From assembly GCA_965218095.1 (NCBI GenBank), contig OZ244587.1, positions 1,792,001-1,856,000 of the forward strand: a DNA stretch of 64,000 nt, read 5' to 3'. A model generated the notes under the pieces. The model saw only the letters and a list, made by a program, of their open reading frames with translations, had not been told where the DNA came from and ran no database searches. The translations under genes were made by a program, and so were the position numbers. This DNA is from Candidatus Poribacteria bacterium. Lineage in GTDB: Bacteria > Poribacteria > WGA-4E > PCPOR2b. Below, piece after piece: positions 31,102 through 41,135 of this stretch. Each line of letters starts with the position of its first letter. Position 1 is the first letter of the stretch.

Positions 31102-31352
31102 TCTAGCAACCTTGCTGGTGCTTTGACACTTGTTGAGCGGATAGGCTGATTATACTATAGTCAGTTTCGCGCGTCAACCCAAAACACCGTGACAAATAAT
31201 GCACATCTCATTTGCGTTAGCCTAGAAGTCCATGTTATAATTGTAAATTGTCAGCAATCAGTCAAACAAAAAATAATGCGCACTGACCACGATAGTTGCA
31301 ATCCATTCCAACTTAAATCGTTCTTAAATTCAGAAGAGGGAGACCATTTCTC

Positions 31353-31811
31353 ATGGCTTACTACATTACAGAAGAATGTGTCGGCTGCATGGCATGCCTG
31401 ACGAATTGCCCCGTTGATGCCATCACCGGGGACCGCAAAATGCTTCATGTTATAGATCCGGATATATGTATCGATTGCAGCGCGTGCGGCATGGTTTGTC
31501 CGGTTGAAGCGATTCATGACCAAAACGGAGATGTTTGTAAATTTATTAAGCGTCCCAAAAACCGACCGATTGCGGTCATCTACGAAGAACTCTGCTCTGG
31601 GTGCGATTTCTGCGTCCACATCTGTCCGTGGGATTGCCTGGAGCTCAAAGACCCGGAGACCGGTGAACACGCGGAGAGTTTCTTCGGCATCTGCGAACTT
31701 GTAAAACCGAAAGATTGCGTTGGGTGCAAACTCTGTGAAGAGGTCTGTATCAAAGATGCAATCCGTGTTGAATCTCCGATCTTGACTGAGTGGCAAGAAG
31801 CGGCGGATTAA
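31353..31811 (+). CDS. Polyferredoxin with four 4Fe-4S binding motifs
   Basis: Four CxxCxxCxxxC motifs. Confidence 0.9.
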   Translation: MAYYITEECVGCMACLTNCPVDAITGDRKMLHVIDPDICIDCSACGMVCPVEAIHDQNGDVCKFIKRPKNRPIAVIYEELCSGCDFCVHICPWDCLELKDPETGEHAESFFGICELVKPKDCVGCKLCEEVCIKDAIRVESPILTEWQEAAD

Positions 31812-31813
31812 TC

Positions 31814-32698
31814 ATGATCAGAAGTATGACAGGCTACAGTCGGCATAGAGCGGAAACAGCCTTTGGGCAGTTGGTCATTGAGCTCAAATCGTGGAACCAT
31901 CGCTACTGTAACGTGACGGTCCGCACCTCAGAGCTCCTTTCCAGATTTGAGAACCGGATCCAAAGCGCCATCCGGAATCGAATTCCCAGAGGGCAGATCC
32001 AAGCTACAGTCGAGTTGGGCAAAGACGCCTCGACTGCAACTCAACTCCCCGTCGCCGATTTTGCGCTGGCGAAGCAGTATCATCAAGAACTTGTACGGCT
32101 GCAAAATGAACTTCATTTGGGTGGTGAGACTTCAGTTTCCCTTCTGGCGCAACTCCCTGGCGTCTTGACCGTTCAGGAGGCCGCTTTGGACGAAGAAGCG
32201 GTTTGGCAGATGTTACAATCTCTCCTGGAAACTGCTTTGGATGGATTGGACATAACCAAACAGGCCGAAGGGGCTGTCATGCTTGAAGAAATCGAAGGAC
32301 GAATCCAGTCCATTCAGTCTCTGGCCGGGGAGATAAAATCTGTCAGCGTAGATCTCGTCGAAGCTGCGCGTACGAAACTCGAAGCGCGTTTGAACGAACT
32401 TTTTGAGGGCCGTGCTAAAATCGATTCGGACCGTATCACGATGGAGGCCGGCGTAATCGCTTCTCGTTCAGACATCACTGAAGAACTGGTGCGGCTTGAT
32501 AGCCACTGTTCCCAGTTTGCGGAATACCTGCAAACAACTGAACCCATCGGCAGACAACTCGATTTTTTGCTGCAAGAGATGAATCGAGAGGTCAATACCA
32601 TCTCTGCCAAAGCGTCTCGATCCTCCATCTCCTCTACCAGCGTTGCCCTGAAAACAGAGATTGAAAAAATTCGGGAATTGGTTCAGAATGTGGAATAA
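31814..32698 (+). CDS. yicC: YicC/YloC family endoribonuclease
   Basis: MIRSMTGY, DITEELVRLDSH, GRQLDFLLQEMNREVNT, RELVQNVE. Confidence 0.95.
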   Translation: MIRSMTGYSRHRAETAFGQLVIELKSWNHRYCNVTVRTSELLSRFENRIQSAIRNRIPRGQIQATVELGKDASTATQLPVADFALAKQYHQELVRLQNELHLGGETSVSLLAQLPGVLTVQEAALDEEAVWQMLQSLLETALDGLDITKQAEGAVMLEEIEGRIQSIQSLAGEIKSVSVDLVEAARTKLEARLNELFEGRAKIDSDRITMEAGVIASRSDITEELVRLDSHCSQFAEYLQTTEPIGRQLDFLLQEMNREVNTISAKASRSSISSTSVALKTEIEKIRELVQNVE

Positions 32699-33326
32699 TC
32701 GACCCTCCCAAAAGGGATTATTCATTGTTATATCGGGTCCTTCTGGGACCGGCAAAACGAGTGTTATCAAAGAACTTTGCAAAGGCGAGCCAACATTAGA
32801 GTTTTCGATCTCCGCGACGACACGTCCGCCCCGCTCCGATGAGATTGATGGCATCGACTACTATTTTTTAGCCCAGACTGACTTTGAGGAACTGATTGAT
32901 AATGGCGGTTTCTTGGAATGGATAAAGTATGGCGACCACTACTACGGCACATTGAAATCCACAGTGGAATCGACGATCGAAAAAGGTAAGGATCTGATTT
33001 TAGAAATTGATGTGCACGGTGCAATGAAGGTAAAAGACATCGGTATCCGGTGTACCAGTATCTTTCTCTTACCTCCCTCCCTTGAAAGTTTAGAGAAACG
33101 GCTTCGCAACCGCAAGACAGAATCTGATTCGGAACTTCAACAGCGTTTGCTGACGGCGGAATCAGAATTCGCTTATGTTGCAGACTACGAATACTGTGTT
33201 AAAAATCCGGATAACTATGTCGAGAAAGCTGTGACTCAAATTCGCCACATCATCTCCGCAGAACGCTGTCGAATCGACGAGCAGCTTCTCGCCTCAATTT
33301 CTCAAGAATTTTCCTCCCCCCAATAG
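32688..33326 (+). CDS. gmk: Guanylate kinase
   Basis: SGPSGTGKT, SATTRPPR, YYGT, EIDVHGA; follows yicC. Confidence 0.96.
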   Translation: MWNNRPSQKGLFIVISGPSGTGKTSVIKELCKGEPTLEFSISATTRPPRSDEIDGIDYYFLAQTDFEELIDNGGFLEWIKYGDHYYGTLKSTVESTIEKGKDLILEIDVHGAMKVKDIGIRCTSIFLLPPSLESLEKRLRNRKTESDSELQQRLLTAESEFAYVADYEYCVKNPDNYVEKAVTQIRHIISAERCRIDEQLLASISQEFSSPQ

Positions 33327-33383
33327 CAGGACGCACGCCCCACTTCCACAGTACCCCCAGCGTCAACGAGAAGGAAAATCAAC

Positions 33384-34841
33384 ATGAACGGAGATGACAG
33401 GGCAAAAACCCACAATACACCGAAAATCGAAATCTCAGTCCGCAACTTTGGACCGATTGCAGAAGCAGATCTCGATCTGCGCCCGCTAACGGTATTTGTC
33501 GGACCGAGTAACACCGGCAAGACCTACCTCTCGGTGCTGATTTATGCCCTGCATCGTGTCTTTGAGGGATTTTCAGAATTTCTTTCACTGTACAACCTAG
33601 AGTGCCTAGTAGGTAACTGGTACTGCGAGCCCCCGGTAGACACAACACAACATCTGAAGGTAATGGGCAAACTAAACATAGGGCAACCGCTCGTATTCTC
33701 GGATCTGCCCCAGGAGGTTCGTGAGAGAGCACTGGAAGATCTCAATCGGCTAGGCTCGATTTCGGAAATGCTAGAAGATGAACTTAAACGTTGTTTCGAT
33801 CTCGATTCTGTTTCGAGACTAATACGATCTTCCGGCGACCAAAACGATGAAATAACTGTTTCACTGATAGTTAGCGAGAAAAATCAAGATCTCTGGTCAA
33901 CCAAATTAGGGATCTCCAAATCAAGCACCGCCATAAATGGAACGATTAACGAAAATACTGCCATTGTTCCCGAGAATTGGTTGTCCCCGACCCGGCGGAT
34001 TGAGGTTGAAGATTTGGTAAAATTCCTCATTGAACATCGTAGAAACATAGGAAAACCTTACTACCTACCAGCCGCCCGGAGCGGCATCATGCAGAGCCAC
34101 CGGGTAATCGCCAGTTCCCTTGTAGCACGCTCCACCCGCGCAGGCCTCGAACCCTTCCCCGAGGTTCCAACACTTTCGGGGGTAGTAGCGGATTTCATGC
34201 AACAAATTATCCTCTACGGGGAACGTAAAAGACCAGACGATGGTATGAATCGCATCGCCGATACACTAGAGTCCTATGTGCTTGCCGGACAGATAATCAT
34301 GAACCCCTCACCAACAGGGTATCCAGAATTTCTCTATCGCCCGCAGGAAACGGGACAGGATATGCGTCTAACCCGCTCCTCGTCGATGGTGTCTGAGCTC
34401 GCTCCCCTTGTTTTGTTCATCCGCGGCCTCGTCCGCCCCGGCGACACGCTCATCATTGAGGAACCCGAAGCCCATCTGCACCCCGCCGCCCAGACTGAAA
34501 TGGCAGCGACCATTGCTCGCTTAGTCCGCGCTGGCGTGCAAGTGCTTGTTACCACCCATAGCGACTACATGCTCCAAGAAATTGGAAACCTGATGCGCGT
34601 CGGTATGCTCAAGGAAAAAGGTGCTCTGAAGAAAGAGACCAACGATTGGCTGTTACCGGAGGAAGTGGGAGCGTGGCATTTCCAAAAAAATCAGCCGGTG
34701 AAGGAAATTGGATTCGATCACACCGTAGGCATAGAGCCGGATGATTATGAGGATGTAGCTGAATCCCTCTATAACCGTTGGGCAGGCTTGCAGAACCGAA
34801 TTGAGGAGCTGAAAGACGAGAGTGAACGTGAATGTGAATAG
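33384..34841 (+). CDS. ABC-type AAA ATPase (AAA_15/AAA_21, defence-associated type)
   Basis: RNFGPI, GPSNTGKT, YLPAARSG, SSMVSEL, IIEEPEAHLHP, TTHS. Confidence 0.88.
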   Translation: MNGDDRAKTHNTPKIEISVRNFGPIAEADLDLRPLTVFVGPSNTGKTYLSVLIYALHRVFEGFSEFLSLYNLECLVGNWYCEPPVDTTQHLKVMGKLNIGQPLVFSDLPQEVRERALEDLNRLGSISEMLEDELKRCFDLDSVSRLIRSSGDQNDEITVSLIVSEKNQDLWSTKLGISKSSTAINGTINENTAIVPENWLSPTRRIEVEDLVKFLIEHRRNIGKPYYLPAARSGIMQSHRVIASSLVARSTRAGLEPFPEVPTLSGVVADFMQQIILYGERKRPDDGMNRIADTLESYVLAGQIIMNPSPTGYPEFLYRPQETGQDMRLTRSSSMVSELAPLVLFIRGLVRPGDTLIIEEPEAHLHPAAQTEMAATIARLVRAGVQVLVTTHSDYMLQEIGNLMRVGMLKEKGALKKETNDWLLPEEVGAWHFQKNQPVKEIGFDHTVGIEPDDYEDVAESLYNRWAGLQNRIEELKDESERECE

Positions 34842-35325
34842 GGTTCTCGACCATATCCGGGGGCGAGTAGATGGGGGGAGCCTTACCGATTCGTGTAGCG
34901 GCGAGGGATGTCGCGTGGACATGACCGGCATGCCATCGGAGCGGGTTGTGATAGATGTCGAACGTGAATTCGACTCGCGTAACATCACGAAGAAACGATG
35001 TGACCGTCTCCTCTTCTTTATCGAAATCGCCGAAAGCAACCTCGTTGCGGCGCCCATTGAACTCAAGAGCGGCAAAGCGGAACAATCGGAAGTTACTGAA
35101 AAGTTGCAAAACAGCTTGCACTTTGCCGCCGACATTGTTCCGAGGATTTTGACAACCGTTTATAGACCAATTCTGTTTGAAGGACGGGGCATTAAGTGGA
35201 TCAACCCCAGAGGGACAAAACAACTCAATGTAAACTTTCGCAGTAGTAATCTGCGGATTCGGAGAGGGCGCTGCGGAAAAAGCGAGAATCTAGTGAGAGC
35301 CCTATCTGAGCCAAACAACCTCTAA
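34822..35325 (+). CDS. Hypothetical protein, possible PD-(D/E)xK nuclease fold, coupled to the ATPase
   Basis: Overlaps the ATPase stop; CDRLLF...PIELKSG...EKLQ pattern. Confidence 0.6.
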   Translation: MNVNVNRVLDHIRGRVDGGSLTDSCSGEGCRVDMTGMPSERVVIDVEREFDSRNITKKRCDRLLFFIEIAESNLVAAPIELKSGKAEQSEVTEKLQNSLHFAADIVPRILTTVYRPILFEGRGIKWINPRGTKQLNVNFRSSNLRIRRGRCGKSENLVRALSEPNNL

Positions 35326-35353
35326 TCAACCCCCACTCGCCATAACAAACACG

Positions 35354-38300
35354 ATGCCAACCCTCACCCTCAAACCCACACACAAACCTATTAGAGACTA
35401 CTACACCGCACTCGACCGATACGCGCAACTCAGTGTCACGCATGAGACCGCCGTCAGCTCGGCGTTCCAATTCCTGCTTGAATCGTGTGGACGACAATTT
35501 GATTGGACGCTCGTCCCTGAACATTCAATGACCAGCAATCTAAATAGGCGGATTGTCATTGATGGGGCATTGATTGACAACTTCAAGCTAATTCACGGCT
35601 ATTGGGAGGCGAAGGATATCCACGACGACCTGTCCACCGAAGTAGCACGCAAATTTGAGAAAGGCTATCCCCGCGACAACATCCTCTTCCAAACCCCACA
35701 TCGTGCCATCCTTTGGCAGAACAGTCGGCAGGTACGCGATGCAGACCTGACCGACCCGACGCAACTGATAAAGATTCTTGACACTTTTTTTGCCTACCGT
35801 CCACCAGAATACACCGAATGGGAGGAGGCCGTCGCGCATTTCAAAGACAGAGTGCCCGACATCGGGAGCGAGTTGGCGGATTTAATCCAAAAGGAACGGG
35901 ATGCCAACCCTCGCTTTACCGGGGCGTTCAGGACTTTTTACGAGAAATGCCGGCAATCAATTAACCCGAACCTCTCCGAAGCCGCCGTTGAGGAGATGCT
36001 AATCCAGCACCTCTTAACCGAGCGTATCTTCCGCACCGTTTTCGATAACCCCGACTTCACCCGCCGCAACGTCATCGCCAATGAGATTGAGAAGGTGATA
36101 GACGCGCTCACATCACAGTCGTTCAGCCGCGATGATTTTCTCCATAGCCTTGACCCTTTCTATGCGGCAATCGAACGCACCGCCGAAACCATCAGCGATT
36201 TCTCCCAAAAACAGGGGTTTCTCAACACCGTCTACGAGCAGTTTTTTCAAGGCTTTTCAGTAGAGGTCGCCGATACACACGGAGTAGTCTACACGCCGCA
36301 GCCGATTGTCGATTTTATAGTGAGAAGCGTGGCGCACATCCTACAGACCGAATTTGGGGGTGGGCACCGGGGGCGGGCAGCCACAAGGGTTGCCCCTACA
36401 ATTTCGGATAGGGATGTGCACATCATTGACCCGTTTGTGGGGACGGGCAATTTCATCGTGCGGACGATGCGCGAAATTCGCAAGACCGCGCTGGCGAAAA
36501 AGTACACGACAGAATTGCACTGCAACGAGGTGATGCTGCTGCCCTACTACATCGCTTCAATGAACATTGAGCATGAATTTTACGAGGCGACGGGTAGGTA
36601 TCAACCCTTTGATGGCATCTGCCTTGTGGATACATTTGAACTGGCAGAAGACTCCCACTATTATGAAGCCTCGTTGTTTACAGAGGAGAACACGCGCCGC
36701 GTTGAAGAACAGAAAAATACCCCGATGTTTGTCGTTATCGGTAATCCGCCCTACAACGCTGGTCAGATCAATGACAGAGACAACAACAGGAATCGAAAAT
36801 ATCCAACGATGGATGCACGGGTTGCGGATACCTATGCAAAAGACTCTACAGCAACGCTCAAGAACGCACTCTACGACCCGTACGTGAAGGCGATCCGGTG
36901 GGCATCGGACCGAATAGAGGAGGAGGGGGTTGTCGCATTCGTAACGAACAATAGCTTTCTCGGTGGTGTAGCGTTTGATGGGATGCGGAAACATCTCGCA
37001 GACGATTTCGACGCGATTTACATTCTGGACTTGGGCGGAAATGCCCGGAAGGGATTGAAGGTCTCGGATGCCAATGTGTTCGGGATTCGGGTCGGCGTGA
37101 GCATCAACCTGTTTGTAAAAACTGGACAGGCGATGAATCATCCCATTACAAACGGAGGAGGCTCTGTCCCTGCCCGCATCTTTTATTATCGCACCGATGA
37201 CCTGTGGAACAAAAAACAGAAATCCGATTTTCTGAATGAGTGCCAACACATCGGCAATATAGACTGGCAGACCATTCAACCCGATGCACGCCACACATGG
37301 CTCACTGAAGGAATCCACGCCGAATTTGAGAACTTTATTCCGATGGGGACTAAGGAGACGAAGGAGGCGAAGGGTGAGGTAGTGGATGCGATTTTCAAAC
37401 ACTATAGTCGCGGTGTCACAACCTCCCGCGATGTGTGGGCATACAACTTCAACCGAAACACACTAACAGAAAACATGAAGGGGATGATTGAAGCTTATAA
37501 TGCAGAAGTTGATAGGTGGAAACGTCATGGGAATCGGGACGCAAATATCAATGATTTTGTAGTTTATGATGACACGAAAATCAAGTGGGATCGGGAATTA
37601 AGACAGCACTTAACACGAGGCAGAATCGCCGAATACACTGAACACAAAGTGAGGAATTCGCTTTATCGTCCCTTCACAAAATCGAACTTGTTCTTTGATC
37701 GTGTTATGAACAATTGCGTGTATGTGTTACCATCTATCTACCCCACACCCGAAACAGAAATGGAAAATCGTATGATTTGTGTTGCTGGCATTGGTAATAG
37801 AAAAGGCTTTGGTTGTCTTATAACAAATATGATTCCTAACTTAGATTTAGCCTTTGAAAAAACCCAATGTTTTCCCTTCTACACCTACGATGAGGACGGG
37901 AGAAACCGCCGAGAGAACATCACCGATTGGGCGTTGGCACAATTCCGGGCGCATTACCGAGACGATACCATTAGCAAGTGGGACATTTTTCATTACGTCT
38001 ACGGTCTGCTCCACCATCCGGGATATCGGGAGTGGTATGAAGCCAACCTCAGGCGGGACCTGCCGCACATGCCGTATGCGCCGGATTTCTGGGGGTTTGC
38101 CAAAGCGGGGCAACGGTTGGGCAAAATCCACATCGGCTACGAGGAGATACCCGAGTATCAACTCGCATTCATCGAAAACCGTGAAGTGCCAATTGATTGG
38201 TGCGTGGAGAAGATGAAGCTATCCAAAGACAAAACGCAGCTTGTGTACAACGATTTCCTGACCCTCGACAGGATACCCGCGAAGGCATTGGAATATCGGC

Positions 38301-38512
38301 TTGGGAATCGATCAGCGTTGGAATGGGTGATTGACCAGTATTGCGTCAAGATGGATGACCGGAGTGGCATCGCCAACGACCCGAACCGCGAAGACGACCC
38401 GCAGTACATCGTCAAACTTATAGGGAAGGTGATTGCGGTTAGTTTGGAGACGGTGGAGATTGTGGAGGAGTTGCCGGGGTTGGGGCTCTCCACCAACGAT
38501 CACAGTGCATAA
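35354..38512 (+). CDS. Type IIG / helicase-less type ISP restriction-modification enzyme
   Basis: N-terminal IDG...WEAKD nuclease, GVVYTP, DPFVGTG, GNPPY, LlaBIII-like C-terminal region (YRPF, IFHYVYGLLH, SALEWVIDQY). Confidence 0.9.
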   Translation: MPTLTLKPTHKPIRDYYTALDRYAQLSVTHETAVSSAFQFLLESCGRQFDWTLVPEHSMTSNLNRRIVIDGALIDNFKLIHGYWEAKDIHDDLSTEVARKFEKGYPRDNILFQTPHRAILWQNSRQVRDADLTDPTQLIKILDTFFAYRPPEYTEWEEAVAHFKDRVPDIGSELADLIQKERDANPRFTGAFRTFYEKCRQSINPNLSEAAVEEMLIQHLLTERIFRTVFDNPDFTRRNVIANEIEKVIDALTSQSFSRDDFLHSLDPFYAAIERTAETISDFSQKQGFLNTVYEQFFQGFSVEVADTHGVVYTPQPIVDFIVRSVAHILQTEFGGGHRGRAATRVAPTISDRDVHIIDPFVGTGNFIVRTMREIRKTALAKKYTTELHCNEVMLLPYYIASMNIEHEFYEATGRYQPFDGICLVDTFELAEDSHYYEASLFTEENTRRVEEQKNTPMFVVIGNPPYNAGQINDRDNNRNRKYPTMDARVADTYAKDSTATLKNALYDPYVKAIRWASDRIEEEGVVAFVTNNSFLGGVAFDGMRKHLADDFDAIYILDLGGNARKGLKVSDANVFGIRVGVSINLFVKTGQAMNHPITNGGGSVPARIFYYRTDDLWNKKQKSDFLNECQHIGNIDWQTIQPDARHTWLTEGIHAEFENFIPMGTKETKEAKGEVVDAIFKHYSRGVTTSRDVWAYNFNRNTLTENMKGMIEAYNAEVDRWKRHGNRDANINDFVVYDDTKIKWDRELRQHLTRGRIAEYTEHKVRNSLYRPFTKSNLFFDRVMNNCVYVLPSIYPTPETEMENRMICVAGIGNRKGFGCLITNMIPNLDLAFEKTQCFPFYTYDEDGRNRRENITDWALAQFRAHYRDDTISKWDIFHYVYGLLHHPGYREWYEANLRRDLPHMPYAPDFWGFAKAGQRLGKIHIGYEEIPEYQLAFIENREVPIDWCVEKMKLSKDKTQLVYNDFLTLDRIPAKALEYRLGNRSALEWVIDQYCVKMDDRSGIANDPNREDDPQYIVKLIGKVIAVSLETVEIVEELPGLGLSTNDHSA

Positions 38513-38843
38513 CAGCGTCGTTGTTTTTGAATTGCCCTTGGATTGCTTATTTGTTATAGTACGGGGTCGCCATGGATACCCCCTACAACTTTGTCGATGA
38601 TAATTACCCGACGCCGGGTATACTGTCGATTTTGGAAAATAGACCGATAGGTATGCGGTCGTCGAATAATCAAATGACCGATTACAATTTCAATTGAAGT
38701 TGATTTTATTGTCCGGTTTTTGTATACTTTTCACTGTCTGCCATCCGCACCAAGCGCAGGGTGCCACTGACCGACGCAGATCGAGTTCACGGTCATCTCC
38801 ATGGGTGCGGGTATTACCATCTCATACTAGGAGGAACAACAAC

Positions 38844-39230
38844 ATGACTGGAAAAACGACCAAAGCGTTTGCTTCGCACGTAAAGGATGCCCATTGGACC
38901 AAGGGGTTGCGCCCCTACTTCGCCTACCGCGATCTGGGGATTAACGCCGCCACCAACGGCAAGGTGCTGGCGCACGTCATTCGCGCCGATCAATCCTGTG
39001 AGGGCCCCATGGGCTACCACTCCCACGCCCTCGACTTTCAGATGAATTACTTGCTCAAGGGCTGGGCACGACTCGACTTTGAGGACATCGGCGAGGTCCG
39101 CGTTGAGGCCGGCGATGCCTGGTACCAGCCGCCCGGAATCAAGCATGAGGTGCTGGAGTATTCCGATGACTTCGAGGTCATTGAGATCGCCATGCCGGCC
39201 GAGTTTCCCACACAAGACGAGTCGCGTTAG
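38844..39230 (+). CDS. Cupin domain protein
   Basis: YHSH...GDAWYQPPGIKHE; RBS GGAGG. Confidence 0.85.
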   Translation: MTGKTTKAFASHVKDAHWTKGLRPYFAYRDLGINAATNGKVLAHVIRADQSCEGPMGYHSHALDFQMNYLLKGWARLDFEDIGEVRVEAGDAWYQPPGIKHEVLEYSDDFEVIEIAMPAEFPTQDESR

Positions 39231-39390
39231 GCGTTATTGACGCATTCGAGAAGCTCATTAAAAGTAAAGCATTATAACCCCAACCGCCGCTGGTGCTGAA
39301 GGTGACTAATGCTTGGTTACCAGGGAGAATTGGTATTAGGCTACACGCGGCGTGGTCAAAAATTCATCAACACGTCCTGGAGGGGTTGAC

Positions 39391-40338
39391 ATGAAAGTCG
39401 GTTTCATCGGTCTGGGTAATATGGGCAATCCGATGGCAGCAAATCTCTTCAAGGCCGGATACAACTTAACAGTCTACGACATCCGTTGCGAGATGGGTCA
39501 GAACCTCGAAACTGCTGGTGCGACATGGGCTGTAAGCCCGATGGGCGTAGCGGCTACGTCTGACGTGGTACTTACATCTCTGCCGGGCCTCCGAGAAGTC
39601 GAAGCAGTCGTTCTGGGTGAAGATGGTGTTTTTGCCGGACTGAACAGCAGATGCGCTTATATCGATCTGAGCACCAATTCACCTACAACCATGTGCAAAA
39701 TCGCCGAGATTGGAGCGTCGAGGGAATTTCACGTCCTCGACGCGCCGATTAGCGGCGGTGTGTTTGGCGCAAGGGATGGGACGCTCACTATATTTGTGGG
39801 CGGAGAACAGGAAGATTTCGAGCGGTTTCAACCCCTGTTGCGGAGCATTGGCGAAAATATCGCTTACATGGGGCCGGCGGGCAGTAGACACGTGACCAAG
39901 TTGGTAAACAACCTGATAATGTTCATCAATTTTGCAGGCATTTGCGAGGGGATGGCGATTGGTGCCAAGGTGGGCATCCATCCACAAGCACTGCTTAATG
40001 TGATTAAAACAAGCACGGGTGATAGCATGTACTTGCGCAGAACCGTGGGGTTACTCATGGAAGGCGAAGATGTGCATTCTGCAGCGGATCTTGCTGTTAA
40101 GGACGTGCACTTGGGGGTTGAACTTGGCGCGGAACTCGGTGTACCGTTAGAACTCGGCCCGTTTGTTGAAGATATTTTCACACGGTTTTGTGCTGAGGGG
40201 CATGGGCAGGAGGACCAGTTGGAAATCATGCGAGATTTCATGCGGCGGTCAGGAGTGGATATACCGAAAAGGAAGCCATCGGGGTTTTACTGTAAGAACT
40301 ATCATTATCTATGTGAAAAATTTGGTTCTCGGGTATAG
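39391..40338 (+). CDS. 3-hydroxyisobutyrate / 2-hydroxy-3-oxopropionate dehydrogenase family; C-terminus runs into unrelated sequence
   Basis: VGFIGLGNMG, DAPISGG, KLVNN, KD motif. Confidence 0.88.
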   Translation: MKVGFIGLGNMGNPMAANLFKAGYNLTVYDIRCEMGQNLETAGATWAVSPMGVAATSDVVLTSLPGLREVEAVVLGEDGVFAGLNSRCAYIDLSTNSPTTMCKIAEIGASREFHVLDAPISGGVFGARDGTLTIFVGGEQEDFERFQPLLRSIGENIAYMGPAGSRHVTKLVNNLIMFINFAGICEGMAIGAKVGIHPQALLNVIKTSTGDSMYLRRTVGLLMEGEDVHSAADLAVKDVHLGVELGAELGVPLELGPFVEDIFTRFCAEGHGQEDQLEIMRDFMRRSGVDIPKRKPSGFYCKNYHYLCEKFGSRV

Positions 40339-40367
40339 GTTGAAACTGGAGTGATTAAGTTTATCTT

Positions 40368-40583
40368 TTGAATCCTCCCGATTTGCCGAACCTGTGTGCG
40401 AGAATTGTTGTATATTATGAGGGGTTGAAGGAAAGCGTCGATCAATCGGGCGATCTTCCGACTCAGGAATATACGTTCCTCAAACAGATTATTGTGGAAA
40501 GTCAACCCAAGCGTTGGGAAGAGGTGAAACAACTTTATCAAGAAAAATTGAAAGCGTTTCCTTATGTGCAGAAAGGTAGTTAA
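40368..40583 (+). pseudogene. Probable 3' remnant of a hypothetical gene
   Basis: Protein-like low-GC ORF with weak TTG start and no RBS. Confidence 0.3.
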
Positions 40584-40693
40584 TCATTCGGTGTTCATTG
40601 CAGGCCACATCAATACACTTCTGGAAGTGCCTTGAACTCCCTTAATATGACACCCTCCTGTAGCTAGGGTTGTTCCCCGACGCCGCACCCACA

Positions 40694-40762
40694 CTGGGTT
40701 TGGTTGTCAGCCATTTTTCGGCACGCTGCCACCGCAACTGAACTATTGCCTGTTTCGTTAAC
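40694..40762 (+). repeat. Degenerate right half of an attC-like site
   Basis: TGGGTTTGGTTGTC...TTTCGGCA...CCGCAACTGAACT aligns with 4140-4192. Confidence 0.55.
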
Positions 40763-40824
40763 GATGCAGGCGAATCGGTCAAAGCCGCAGATCATAGCAA
40801 GCAACGAGATAGGAGATTCTCGAC

Positions 40825-41064
40825 ATGAAATTAACCACAGTTTACAAAAAAGTCTGAGAAGGATACATCGGATTTGTTGAAGAATTATCCGGCGCCAACA
40901 CGCAAGGAAAAACGCTTGAAGAAGCCAGAGCCAATCTCCAAGAGGCAATTGAGATGACACTTGAAGCAAATCGCATCCGTGCCGAAGAATCCATTGCGGG
41001 AATACAAGATGTGATTCGTGAGCCTGTTTTGTACAGATATGAAAAGACGCGATGTCGTCCGTAA
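40825..41064 (+). pseudogene. HicB-like antitoxin with in-frame TGA (40855-40857), followed by a HicA-like N-terminal stub at 41039
   Basis: MKLTTVYKKV*EGYIGFVEELSGANTQGKTLEEARANLQEAIE; then MKRRDVVRK truncated. Confidence 0.8.
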
Positions 41065-41135
41065 GAGTTCAGAAAAACTAACTTCTCCTGAAAACAACCC
41101 GTAAAACCCAATCCCTTAGACGAGGAAGTTCTCAA

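Noticed and set aside
38740-38815. Riboswitch upstream of the cupin gene (CCGCACC...GGTGCGG pairing)
   Set aside because: Only a short stem; no recognisable riboswitch consensus by eye, and an Rfam scan would be needed
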